Source: Patescibacteria group bacterium (lineage in GTDB: Bacteria > Patescibacteriota > Microgenomatia > UBA12405). Taken from it: a stretch of 34,173 nucleotides of DNA. Under the pieces are notes generated by a model. That model was given only the letters and a program-made list of their open reading frames with translations, was not told where the DNA came from and searched no databases. This document shows, one piece after another, positions 9,193 through 18,820 of the stretch; within the stretch, counting starts at the first letter, position 1, and the number at the start of each line of letters is the position of its first letter. The stretch covers positions 88,022 through 122,194 of the forward strand of contig JAMCSD010000002.1 of assembly GCA_023380755.1 (NCBI GenBank), in the 5' to 3' direction. A program made the position numbers and the translations under genes.

Positions 9193-10170
9193 ATGGAAAA
9201 GAGTCTTAAAATATGTACTATTGGCGGTGGAACTGGAATGCCCGTAGTGAACAAAGCCCTGGTAAAGGCTGGTTTTCGGAATGTTTCCTCCATAGTGACT
9301 ACTTTTGATAGCGGAGGGGATACTGGCCGATTAAGAACCGATGAACGGGGAAGGATATTAGCCTATTCGGACTACTGGCGGTCATTAATCTCACTTTGGG
9401 TAGATGGAGAACAAAAGGAGTTGTGGGAAGAAATGCTACGATACCGGGATGGAAGATCAAGAAACTTCGGTAATTTATTTTTCCAATTTATGACCGAAAA
9501 ATTGGGCGACCTGAGTGATGTCGGTGATTATTTTGCCAAGTTAATGAACGCTGACATGAGAGGGACAGTGATACCGGTAACGTTAACACCATCAGAGATG
9601 TGCTTTCGAACGAAAAGCGGCAGAGAATTTTGCGGGGAGCACCGATTGGATGAGATGAGAATGTCAGCCGACATGGTGGAAGTAGTCTGGTTACAGGATA
9701 AGGTCAGAGCGAACGAAAAGGCCATTAAAGCAATAAAAGAAGCCGATTACCTAATTATCTGTCCAGGGAGCCTGTACGGATCAGTCATAATTAATTTCTT
9801 ACCTGTAGGGATGAAGGAGGCGTATCAGCAATCAAACGCAAAAAAATACCTGATCACCAACATAATGTCGGTGGCGAATGAAAACCACGGTTATGATCAG
9901 GAAAGCTATTTGGAGATTATGGAAAAGTATTTGGGAGTTAATAGCTTAGATCTGATTATTATGGCTGACCTGAAGTGTCTGGATCGAAAAAATTTAAAAA
10001 GGGCACTCTATTCGTATGAGTTAGAAAGATCTTTCCCGATAAGTTATAAAAATAACTGTAGAATTAAGACGGTCAAAGCGGATATAGCTTTAATCGAAAA
10101 AGGTCACGGACGCTTACGCCACAGTGAAAAGAAGTTGAGTGATTACTTAGCCATGCTATTATTGAAATAA
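9193..10170 (+). CDS. YvcK/GlmR (UPF0052, CofD-like fold) family protein
   Basis: IGGGTG, VTTFDSGGDTGRLR, NFGNL, GEHRLD, ADYLIICPGSLYGSVI, NIM, C-terminal LRH. Confidence 0.9.
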   Translation: MEKSLKICTIGGGTGMPVVNKALVKAGFRNVSSIVTTFDSGGDTGRLRTDERGRILAYSDYWRSLISLWVDGEQKELWEEMLRYRDGRSRNFGNLFFQFMTEKLGDLSDVGDYFAKLMNADMRGTVIPVTLTPSEMCFRTKSGREFCGEHRLDEMRMSADMVEVVWLQDKVRANEKAIKAIKEADYLIICPGSLYGSVIINFLPVGMKEAYQQSNAKKYLITNIMSVANENHGYDQESYLEIMEKYLGVNSLDLIIMADLKCLDRKNLKRALYSYELERSFPISYKNNCRIKTVKADIALIEKGHGRLRHSEKKLSDYLAMLLLK

Positions 10171-10967
10171 TGGATATTGTTAAAGAATTGGTTGAAGTAT
10201 GCCGGCATGGTGAATTATTAGGCCAGATAACTGCTAGGGAAATAAAATCAAGATATAAACAGTCGGTATTGGGTTATTTGTGGGTGATTGTTAACCCTCT
10301 TTTTCAGATGTTAGTGATGAGTTTTGCCTTTTCCGTAGTTTTAAAGATTCCGACAAATGCCAGCGAAAACATACCTTATTCAATATTTTTGTATGTGGCG
10401 CTCTTGCCATGGACACTATTTGCCAATTCATTAGCTTCGGCAAGCAATTCCTTAGTGGGGAACTCAAGTTTAATTACAAAAATTTATTTTCCTCGTACCA
10501 TACTGGTCATTTCAACGGTTATAGCTAAGGTTGTTGACTTTTTTTATGCCTCAACTATTTTAATAATTTATTTAGTGGTATTGCGAATTCCAATTAACCT
10601 AAATGTCTTATGGGTAATTCCTATTTTTATAATTCAAATGATTTTTACATTAGGATTATCTTTTTTCTTAGCCGCAGCAAATTTGTTATACCGCGATATT
10701 CAATACCTGCTTGGTTTGGTACTAATGCTGTGGATGTATTTAACCCCGGTAATTTATCCGGCAGACATCGTACCTGAGAAGTTAAGATTTATATACCAGT
10801 TAAATCCGATGAGTGTCATTATTAATGCCTATCGACAAACGATTTTAGGGGGAGGTATGCCGAACTTAACTAGTTTAGGTATTGGAGTATTAGTGTCAAT
10901 TGTTACCTTACTAATTGGACTAAAATACTTTAAAATCAAAGAAAAAATATTTGCCGACAACATTTAG
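10170..10967 (+). CDS. wzm: Polysaccharide ABC exporter permease (Wzm/TagG)
   Basis: REIKSRYKQSVLGYLWVIVNPL, LITKIYFPR, YRDIQY, MYLTPVIYP, LNPM. About 6 TM segments. Confidence 0.95.
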   Translation: MDIVKELVEVCRHGELLGQITAREIKSRYKQSVLGYLWVIVNPLFQMLVMSFAFSVVLKIPTNASENIPYSIFLYVALLPWTLFANSLASASNSLVGNSSLITKIYFPRTILVISTVIAKVVDFFYASTILIIYLVVLRIPINLNVLWVIPIFIIQMIFTLGLSFFLAAANLLYRDIQYLLGLVLMLWMYLTPVIYPADIVPEKLRFIYQLNPMSVIINAYRQTILGGGMPNLTSLGIGVLVSIVTLLIGLKYFKIKEKIFADNI

Positions 10968-10973
10968 AAGCTT

Positions 10974-12698
10974 ATGTCACAAAAAAAGATTAAAAGACAA
11001 CGAACGACTCCCGGCGATAGAAAAAAGGAAGAAATTACAATTGTTAATGGACTAAGCATATTAAAAATTCTTAAAGAAAATTGGGTCTTCTTAGCTTTAC
11101 TACTGTTGGGAACTGTTGCAATTTATTTCAATTCGCTGAAAGGTAATTTTGTTTCCGATGATTATGCGTCGATTCCGCAGAATCCCATGGTAACATCGTT
11201 TACTTATATGTTAAGTGGTCTATTTGTGGGGATGACTAATTGGTTTTTGGCAACAGTGTTTGGAATCCAAAATACGGTACCATATCATATTTTAAATTTG
11301 GGTTTTTATTTATTGGCTTTAGTAGCAGTATTTGTGTTTGTGTATCTTATTGCTGGAAGACGGATTGCCACTTTTTCGTCTTTATTGTTTGCTGTTTTGC
11401 CAATACACGTAGAGGCGGTTTCTTGGGTATCGGGTAAGCCATATATAATTACAGGCTTTTTTATCCTATTAGCAATAATCGGATTTTGGCAATATTTAAC
11501 TACAGCAAAAAGGAATTATTTGTGGTTAATAATTGGAGGTTCAATATTAGCTTTTTTCACTGATAGGGTAAGGTCATTTTCAATACTGTTGATAATCTTT
11601 TTATTGGCAATTAGTTTTTTGGGTAAAAAAGGTATAAAGATAGACTGGAAAAAGGTCTTATTAGTCATGTTCGGCCTGGGATTGATCGCGGTTATTTTGA
11701 TGGTACCGCTGATTAGCAGCCGGATAAATAGTGTTAATAGCGGCTATAACGATTCCGGTAGTATATTTTATGACCCCTTTTTCCAGTACCCCACGGCGAT
11801 AGCAAAGTATCTCCAGCTAGTTATCTTCCCTTTTGATTTGACGTTATATCATACAATGTATATTTTGCCGGTGTGGTTGAATTGGCTGATAGTATTAATT
11901 TATGTAACCAGCTGCGCCTATTTTTGGTTTAAAAATCGATTAGTATCATTTAGTCTGCTATTTATTTTTATAGCCACGTTACCTTCAATGGCGCCAGTCA
12001 AGGTTAGCTGGTTGGTAGCGGAAAGATATATGTTTTTAGGAGCCTTAGGTGTCTGCATCATTGCAGCAGTAGTTTTGTCGCATTTATATAATAAAAGCCG
12101 GGCTTTGGTAATGGTAATCCTAGCAATGATTGCTTCAGTCTATGGATATCGTATATATATGAGGAATATTGATTGGTCGACCAATCATAATTTGTGGGTC
12201 AATACTTGTCAGGTATCGCCGAACAGTCACAATGCATGGAATAATATTGGGGATGATTACGATAAATTGAAGGACTATACTGATGCAGTTAAGGGGTTTA
12301 CCCAATCTACTATCGTGAAACCAAATTATGCCGATGCTTATCATAATCGAGGAAATATTTTCTTTAAGACGGGAAGGCTTGATTTAGCCAGGGATAGTTA
12401 TATGACAGCGATCTATTACTCCCCCACCCTCTACCATTCATATTTGAGCTTGACCCAAATAGATTTGATGGAGAAAAGGATGGATTTAGCGATTCAACAT
12501 GCCCAAAAGGTAACTGAAATACAGCCGAATGACCCACAATCATGGTATGTGATGGGAGTAGTTTTGGCTCAAGTAGGTAACAAAGAGGAAGCGATAAAAT
12601 CGATGAAGAATGCTTTATTGCTAAATCCTAATTATTCACCAGCTCAACAAGCACTAAGCCAATTATCTCAGGTACCAGAACCTACAACACAAAAATAG
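10974..12698 (+). CDS. TMTC-like GT-C membrane glycosyltransferase with C-terminal TPR repeats
   Basis: GNFVSDD acidic motif after TM1, PIHVEAVSWVSG, AERYMFL, RNIDW...LW, then several TPRs (AWNNIG, PNYADAYHNRG, PNDPQSWYVMG, LNPNY). Confidence 0.85.
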   Translation: MSQKKIKRQRTTPGDRKKEEITIVNGLSILKILKENWVFLALLLLGTVAIYFNSLKGNFVSDDYASIPQNPMVTSFTYMLSGLFVGMTNWFLATVFGIQNTVPYHILNLGFYLLALVAVFVFVYLIAGRRIATFSSLLFAVLPIHVEAVSWVSGKPYIITGFFILLAIIGFWQYLTTAKRNYLWLIIGGSILAFFTDRVRSFSILLIIFLLAISFLGKKGIKIDWKKVLLVMFGLGLIAVILMVPLISSRINSVNSGYNDSGSIFYDPFFQYPTAIAKYLQLVIFPFDLTLYHTMYILPVWLNWLIVLIYVTSCAYFWFKNRLVSFSLLFIFIATLPSMAPVKVSWLVAERYMFLGALGVCIIAAVVLSHLYNKSRALVMVILAMIASVYGYRIYMRNIDWSTNHNLWVNTCQVSPNSHNAWNNIGDDYDKLKDYTDAVKGFTQSTIVKPNYADAYHNRGNIFFKTGRLDLARDSYMTAIYYSPTLYHSYLSLTQIDLMEKRMDLAIQHAQKVTEIQPNDPQSWYVMGVVLAQVGNKEEAIKSMKNALLLNPNYSPAQQALSQLSQVPEPTTQK

Positions 12699-12702
12699 GA
12701 AT

Positions 12703-13863
12703 TCAGTTATGGTCTTTGAGATGAAGATGTCTAAAACAACGGTATTCGGTAGCAGCGATGTTTTCCCAAGAATATTTTCCTAATAGCTTTTCTCCTTGAA
12801 GGTTAGAAAAATTTTTATGTTGGTACAATTCTAAAATTTTTTGGGCAACAGCTTGTGTGTCACCAATGGAAAAACGATAGATTTCATATTTGTGGTAGAT
12901 AAGTTTGTAAGCGGGTAGATCATAAGCCAAAGCAGGAAGCCCGGAACAGACGGCTTCCAGAAGAGCAATACCGAAGCTTTCGGTGCGGCTGAGGAACAAA
13001 AAGAATCGGCTTTTTTTTATAGTGGCATATTTTTCAGTACCATGGAGATAACCAAGGAAGGAAATATTCTTTTCAAGCGAATATTGTTGGATACGGGATT
13101 TAAAAGCCTTTAAGGTTTGAGAGTCTCCTGAGCCCATGATCGCCAATTTAAAATTTGGTAATTTGGGTTTTATTAGTCTTAGGACTTCAAGCATGTCATA
13201 AATTCCTTTTGCAGGATTTAGGCGTCCAATAAAGAGAGCATCAAAGATCTTTTGTGACGAAGAAGCCTCTTTTATATAAGTATTTTCGATACCGAAATTG
13301 GTTTGAAAAACCTGACTTTGTCGGAAACCATTTTCAAGAAGATATTCATTAAGTTGTGGGGTAGAAGCAAAAATTATATCCGCTCTTTTTATAAAAATAA
13401 GGCTGAGACGATAAAAGAGCCAAGCGAGTAACCGAACAAATTTGTTGCCTTCGACAAAAAGATTAACGGTATTATCAAAAACTGTTACCCAGATTGTGTT
13501 TGGGAAAAATAATTTAATAAAGAAAGGGGTAATAACCAAGTCAAGGACAGACGAGATGGAGTAAACTATTTCAAAACGATTTTTAATACAGGACTTTATT
13601 TGAGAGATAGCCAAAATATTCCGTTTAAAAGATTCAAACATGAATTGGTAAAGACTGCTCGTGAGGTTAGAAGTGTGGGACAATTCGATAAAGTCGAAGT
13701 CGGTGCCAATTATGCCTAAGTCGATAATATTTTTTTTTAATTCCTGATTACCCCAGAAGGTGACTCTCTGGTGCCATTGTTTGATCTTAAGTAATAAGGG
13801 AATGATGTTGGCATGCTCGAGAGTAGTACCAATAATTAGTATTCGTGGAATTTTAGTCGGCAT
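12703..13863 (-). CDS. Glycosyltransferase family 4 (GT-B)
   Basis: LFIGRLNPAKG, FLGYL, SRTESFGIALLEAVCSGLP. Confidence 0.92.
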   Translation of the reverse strand: MPTKIPRILIIGTTLEHANIIPLLLKIKQWHQRVTFWGNQELKKNIIDLGIIGTDFDFIELSHTSNLTSSLYQFMFESFKRNILAISQIKSCIKNRFEIVYSISSVLDLVITPFFIKLFFPNTIWVTVFDNTVNLFVEGNKFVRLLAWLFYRLSLIFIKRADIIFASTPQLNEYLLENGFRQSQVFQTNFGIENTYIKEASSSQKIFDALFIGRLNPAKGIYDMLEVLRLIKPKLPNFKLAIMGSGDSQTLKAFKSRIQQYSLEKNISFLGYLHGTEKYATIKKSRFFLFLSRTESFGIALLEAVCSGLPALAYDLPAYKLIYHKYEIYRFSIGDTQAVAQKILELYQHKNFSNLQGEKLLGKYSWENIAATEYRCFRHLHLKDHN

Positions 13864-15298
13864 GAGAAAACTGGCGAGATATTATGTAATTAGCTATATT
13901 AAGAGCATTTTGGGGGAGGATATTCAAATAAAATTTGAAGTTTTGAAAAAAAGCTAAAAGACGTATTTTATGAATAAGTTCTAGATATTCTTTATTGTAT
14001 CTATATTCTGTATTCAGAAAAATCCGATTGTCTAGCAGATGAAAATTAATAGCGGTTAGGTCACGAAGCGTAATGGAAGGCAGTTGAACAAAGAGCCGGC
14101 TATAATCCATATTATCTGAGACTAAGTTAATTCGTTGGGCTGAAGGCCAAATAACGGTTCCCGGATAGGGAGTCAAAATGTAAATTTGGGTATTATCAAG
14201 AGGGTACTTCTTCATAAAATCAAAAGTATCCTGGAGGTCGTGGACGGTTTCCCCTGGAGTACCAACAATGTAACCGCTACTAGTCGTAATCTGGTAACGA
14301 CGGCAAAGAGTAACGGCCCGGCGGTTGTCTTCGACAGTAACTGAATGTTGCTTAAGGTAATCAAGAATTTTCGGAGAAGCACTTTCTAAACCAAAAATTA
14401 ATCTTTTAACATTCATTTCCTTTAGAATTTTGCAGGTTTTTTCATCAATTAAATTCGCCCGGGCATAGCCTATAAATTTAATTCGGTGATGAAGATTTTC
14501 GGCAATAATAAGATCTTTTAATTCTACTAATCGGTTATAGGGCGCAATGAATAAATCGTCCCAGAACATAATGCCGTCTACTTGGTAATCGGCAATAAGT
14601 TTCTTTATTTCATTGACTATATATAGAGGAGAATGAAACCGAACCCTTCCCCATTGAACCGGGGAACCGCAAAATACACAATGGTAGGGGCAACCTCGAC
14701 TGGTCATCACCGTTGCTAGACGCTTAATGCCATAAGGGTTGAGTTGTTTTTGTAAATAGACTTCTTTCATGGGAGTCAGATTACGGGCCGGATAAGGAAG
14801 AAGGTCTATATTTGGTAATAATGGCCGTCTTGGAGTAACAATGAGCTTATTTTTCGAGATAAAGAGTATCCCTTTAATTTTTTCTAAATGAATTGACGGA
14901 AATTTTTTTGATTTACTAAATAAAGTCAGAATTTCCAAAAGCGTTTCTTCACCTTCTCCGACGACACCAATGTCAAAGGGCTGAGAAAATGATTTGGGGG
15001 AAGCCGTAATATGAACTCCGCCAATGAGCAAGGGAACGGATAATCTTTTTTTTAAGGCGATAGCCACCTTTTTAGTATCATTAAAAAGAAGAGTATCACT
15101 AGTAAAACCAACAATGTCAGGCTTAGAGGCTAGAATTTGTTTTAGGGGGTTAAATCCTTCGACAATGGTAACTTTTATATTAGGTGATTTGTTAAGGATG
15201 TAAGCAGCCAGAGAGGTAAGGCCGAAGTGGGGCATGCTCATCTGGCTTTTCCAAACGTTCACAAGTGTTAGTCTTAAAATTTTCTTATTGATAGCCAT
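13853..15298 (-). CDS. Cobalamin-binding radical SAM protein (class B-like)
   Basis: N-terminal B12-binding Rossmann domain (PHFGLTSLAAY, PDIVGFT, GGVHIT, GEGEET). TSRGCPYHCVFC (CX3CX2C), FWDDLF, FGLES, PYPGT. Confidence 0.93.
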   Translation of the reverse strand: MAINKKILRLTLVNVWKSQMSMPHFGLTSLAAYILNKSPNIKVTIVEGFNPLKQILASKPDIVGFTSDTLLFNDTKKVAIALKKRLSVPLLIGGVHITASPKSFSQPFDIGVVGEGEETLLEILTLFSKSKKFPSIHLEKIKGILFISKNKLIVTPRRPLLPNIDLLPYPARNLTPMKEVYLQKQLNPYGIKRLATVMTSRGCPYHCVFCGSPVQWGRVRFHSPLYIVNEIKKLIADYQVDGIMFWDDLFIAPYNRLVELKDLIIAENLHHRIKFIGYARANLIDEKTCKILKEMNVKRLIFGLESASPKILDYLKQHSVTVEDNRRAVTLCRRYQITTSSGYIVGTPGETVHDLQDTFDFMKKYPLDNTQIYILTPYPGTVIWPSAQRINLVSDNMDYSRLFVQLPSITLRDLTAINFHLLDNRIFLNTEYRYNKEYLELIHKIRLLAFFQNFKFYLNILPQNALNIANYIISRQFSHAD

Positions 15299-16284
15299 TA
15301 TTTGAATTCGGGTAAACCTATTTTGAAAAACATATAAAATTTACCGGAACCAAAATACATATGTTTAATGATCGATAAATCTGATTGTTGACGTTGGGAT
15401 TGTACTTGAAAACGTTTTTGAAGAGTTTTGGGAAAATGATAAATGTTCCATAAATAAGCTTTTATGTAAAGGTAAACTAATCTAAATCGAAGATTAAATA
15501 TGAAGAGAATAATTTCTGATAAGTTGATTAAAAAATATAAAGGTAAGATGAAAATAAGAGTGGTTAACTGATAATTTTTCAGGAGGGTTAAAAGGTTATT
15601 TCTTTCGGAATAGTAACGGCGAAGAATTGTCGAACGATAATTGCCTGTTTTTGGAGGGCCACCACCGGCTGATTGGCCAGCCAGGTGGAATAATTTGGCT
15701 TCGGGTACAGAAAGGATATCAAAACCCATGAGGCGAATACGCCAGCAGAGGTCAACATCTTCATGGAACATAAAATAATCGCCATCAAAAGTACCAGCCT
15801 TAAAAAACAATTCTTTGGAAATAAAAAGCGAACTGCCTTCAGCGTAAAACATTTTAGGATAAGTTAAAGGAAAACCGAATATATCTGCAGCAATTCCAGT
15901 GTGGTAAAGGGTTTTTCCGTCGTAACTCAAAATTGAGGTAGTAGCGATTCCTGGATGAAAGGCTTCATAATTGGAAATAAGAATTTCGATTGTATCTTTG
16001 GCTATCTTGGAATCGTTATTAATAAAATATAGATATTCACCAGTAGCTTTTTTGGCTGCCAGATTATTACCTTGAGCAAAGCCAACGTTTTTATTAGAAC
16101 TAATTAAGAGACAGTTTTTATATTTGGGCAGACGTAACAAATCTAGGCTGTGATCGGGAGAATGATTATCGAAGACGACAATTTCAATGTTGGAGTAGGA
16201 TGAATTCAAGACGGAGTCGACGCAGGCTGGTAGGCAGGAAGAACCATTATAGTTGAGGATTATGACAGAAACTTTAGTTGGCAT
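15298..16284 (-). CDS. Glycosyltransferase family 2 (WbbL/RfbF-like)
   Basis: VSVIILNYNG, FDNHSPD, GFAQGNN, FINND, FMFHEDVDLCWR. Confidence 0.92.
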   Translation of the reverse strand: MPTKVSVIILNYNGSSCLPACVDSVLNSSYSNIEIVVFDNHSPDHSLDLLRLPKYKNCLLISSNKNVGFAQGNNLAAKKATGEYLYFINNDSKIAKDTIEILISNYEAFHPGIATTSILSYDGKTLYHTGIAADIFGFPLTYPKMFYAEGSSLFISKELFFKAGTFDGDYFMFHEDVDLCWRIRLMGFDILSVPEAKLFHLAGQSAGGGPPKTGNYRSTILRRYYSERNNLLTLLKNYQLTTLIFILPLYFLINLSEIILFIFNLRFRLVYLYIKAYLWNIYHFPKTLQKRFQVQSQRQQSDLSIIKHMYFGSGKFYMFFKIGLPEFK

Positions 16285-17794
16285 AATTACGATATTTCCA
16301 TTTAAGTTTCAGGTCATATGAAATAAAGTGGAAAATACTTTTGATGATACCAAAGTAGACGCTAGCCCGTTGATTAATAAAAATTATGAAGAACTTTAGG
16401 CTAATATTTAAGATTAGAGGCGGCTTAAAGGAACGATACCAGCGACGGGCGATAATCCAGTCGGCAACTCTTTTTGGCAGAATTGGCAGTAGCATGAAAA
16501 AGAACTGAAAATTTTTAAAGGAAAGAGCGGGATCGAAATCATTTTTATTACCAAAACCGACAACTAATGAAGTATTGGTTAAACCCCGGTTAATATGATC
16601 AACATCCCCCGGCTTTAACATTTTAGCTTTAAGGGCGTGCTGGATAATTTCCGCTTTAGGAAAATATTGAAGCCAATAAGCATTAATAACGGTAGGACGT
16701 AATTCGTTATAGAAATGGAGCGCCTCTTCATATTCTTTTATGCCTTCGGTGGGAATGTTGAAGATATGATCTATCGAAAACTTTAGCCCAGCATCGTGGC
16801 AACTTTTAGCCGCCCGGCGGATATCATCATTACTTTCGTGACGATTTAAAATTTTATGACGGGTATTTTCTGAAGCACTTTGAATACCGAAAAGTAAAAA
16901 GTAACAACCAGATTTGACTAATTCTTGAGCAATTTGCTCATTTAAAAAGCTAGGATGGGTTAACATGGCGTAAGGTAATCCAACATGGCGCCTGTATAAG
17001 CGACTAAATTCTTTAAGCCAATGGATATCTTGAACAAAAACATCATCCACGAATGTTAATTGTTTAAGATGGTAACGTTTTTTAGCCCAAGATAATTCGT
17101 TAACAATGTTTTGAGGGCTACGACGGCGGATCGGTTTGCCTAAGCCTTTATACACCTGCCGGATAACATTGTTAGCACAATAAGTGCAAGCAAAAGGGCA
17201 GCCTCGGCTAGAAATCGTATAATAATCATCAAAGAATCCAGGGAAGAGACGATAGTAAAGGTCCTTATCCGGAAATGGGAGTGAGTCTAGGTCTTCGATT
17301 AAAGGACGACTGGGATTTTTAATAACTTTTTTACCCTGTTTAAACCAGATGTTTTTGATATCAGTCCGAGATTCACCATTTTTAAAAGAAGCCAAAAGTT
17401 CATCCAAGGCCTGCTCCCCTTCTCCAACACAGACCATATCAACTGATTTTTCCTTGATTACTAATTCAGGAACAGAGGTAGGATGGATGCCACCAAAAAT
17501 AATCGGAGTATTAGGAAGATATTTTTTTATTAATTTTGCTAACTCTAAAGACCGTTGATAATTGATGGTGAAAACAGAAAAACCAATAAGGTCAGGCTTT
17601 TGTTCAATGATTTGGCGTACCAATTGGGGGCGAATATCAAATTTGGCGGAAAGTTTTTCTGACCCAATAACTTCAGTGTGGAAGGTGGCTGGATCAAAGA
17701 CTAAATCAACTTCATGGCCTTTTGATTTAAGATAACTTGAAAGAAATTCAATGGCCAAGCTTTCAACGGCGATACCCACGAAGGTAATTTTCAT
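16274..17794 (-). CDS. Cobalamin-binding radical SAM protein (class B-like)
   Basis: SLAIEFLSSYLK, PDLIGFS, GGIHPT, GEGE, SSRGCPFACTYC, FVDDVF, FGIQS. Amphipathic aromatic/basic C-terminal tail. Confidence 0.93.
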   Translation of the reverse strand: MKITFVGIAVESLAIEFLSSYLKSKGHEVDLVFDPATFHTEVIGSEKLSAKFDIRPQLVRQIIEQKPDLIGFSVFTINYQRSLELAKLIKKYLPNTPIIFGGIHPTSVPELVIKEKSVDMVCVGEGEQALDELLASFKNGESRTDIKNIWFKQGKKVIKNPSRPLIEDLDSLPFPDKDLYYRLFPGFFDDYYTISSRGCPFACTYCANNVIRQVYKGLGKPIRRRSPQNIVNELSWAKKRYHLKQLTFVDDVFVQDIHWLKEFSRLYRRHVGLPYAMLTHPSFLNEQIAQELVKSGCYFLLFGIQSASENTRHKILNRHESNDDIRRAAKSCHDAGLKFSIDHIFNIPTEGIKEYEEALHFYNELRPTVINAYWLQYFPKAEIIQHALKAKMLKPGDVDHINRGLTNTSLVVGFGNKNDFDPALSFKNFQFFFMLLPILPKRVADWIIARRWYRSFKPPLILNISLKFFIIFINQRASVYFGIIKSIFHFISYDLKLKWKYRNYAN

Positions 17795-17797
17795 AAG

Positions 17798-18820
17798 TTA
17801 GTAAAGCTTATCATATAACCATTCAACCCCGTTCTTATAGGGCGTATAGCAATGTTGGCAGATCGGGAGTGATGACAGATCCTGTTTAAGATGTTTTTTT
17901 CTTATTGATGAAAATCTCTGACCGTAAAAGAGAGAAAGTAGACTAGATTCTTCGATGTTGCCAAAATTATATTTAGATTCATAATCCAGGCAACAAAGAT
18001 TTATTTGTCCTAAATTATTGATAACTATGGTATTCCAAAGATATTTGCAGGGAAAAGGTGTTTTAGTATAATTTATTTGGTGATGCCCGGCGGTGTTGGC
18101 GACTGCGCCTGAATAGGAGTGGGCACGGTTGGTGCTAACGGAATCGACTTTATCTTTCCAAAAATTTATGAAATCGGAAAGTCGATTATCGTTGTCGGAG
18201 ACTAGGGCCATCGAGAGTCGGACCTTAAGAGAAGATTTTTTTAATTTCCTTTGAGATAAAAAATAATTGATGTTATCTACTGTTTGGGAGTATTTTAATT
18301 TCATAACTTTTTCATAAGAAGTTTTATCAAAACCATTAAAACTGATATTAAGCTCATCAAGACCACTATCCAGAAGGGAGTCGATTAGGGGTTTAGACGG
18401 TAGAGCAAAATTGGAATAGATTTTAATAAAAGAATGAGGGAAATTGTTTTTGAGAAGTTGGATCCGAGTTATCAGTTGTGGATCTGTAAATGGGTCACCA
18501 AATCCGTTTAATATAAAGGCTAAGGGTTGAATTTTGTCTTCGTGGAGACGTTTGATGATGAGATTGAAAGTCTTTTGGTCCATTAAACGACGAGGCCGTT
18601 TCATAATTATTTGGGGGCACATAATACAACGAGCATTACAGCTGTTGGTAGTTTCAATTACAATATTTAATTGTCGAGAACTTTTTAAAAAGCGGGTGTA
18701 CCGGTTTATTTTAAAAAAGATAAATTTTTTATAAAAGTTTGTCGAAGCAAGCCGATCAAAAATGGTGTTAAACCCAGAACTGCTTTCCAGTTGGTTTTTT
18801 AACCAGCGCAAGAGATCCAT
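17798..18820 (-). CDS. Radical SAM protein with SPASM/Twitch auxiliary Fe-S domain (BtrN-like architecture)
   Basis: IETTNSCNARCIMC, GFGDPF, ISF. C-terminal PCKYLW...GQINLCCLD...FGNI...ICQHC. Confidence 0.92.
   Translation of the reverse strand: MDLLRWLKNQLESSSGFNTIFDRLASTNFYKKFIFFKINRYTRFLKSSRQLNIVIETTNSCNARCIMCPQIIMKRPRRLMDQKTFNLIIKRLHEDKIQPLAFILNGFGDPFTDPQLITRIQLLKNNFPHSFIKIYSNFALPSKPLIDSLLDSGLDELNISFNGFDKTSYEKVMKLKYSQTVDNINYFLSQRKLKKSSLKVRLSMALVSDNDNRLSDFINFWKDKVDSVSTNRAHSYSGAVANTAGHHQINYTKTPFPCKYLWNTIVINNLGQINLCCLDYESKYNFGNIEESSLLSLFYGQRFSSIRKKHLKQDLSSLPICQHCYTPYKNGVEWLYDKLY

Noticed and set aside
9193-10170. cofD / coenzyme F420 biosynthesis
   Set aside because: The motifs fit the YvcK branch better and no other cof/fbi genes are present.
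9133-12702. Plus-strand three-gene block as an invertible phase-variation cassette
   Set aside because: No inverted repeats were found at the two boundaries, there is no recombinase in the window, and strand skew appears continuous.
17798-18820. SPASM radical SAM as a RiPP maturase
   Set aside because: There is no room for a precursor peptide, and no RRE/PqqD domain, peptidase or peptide exporter. The context is purely glycan-related.
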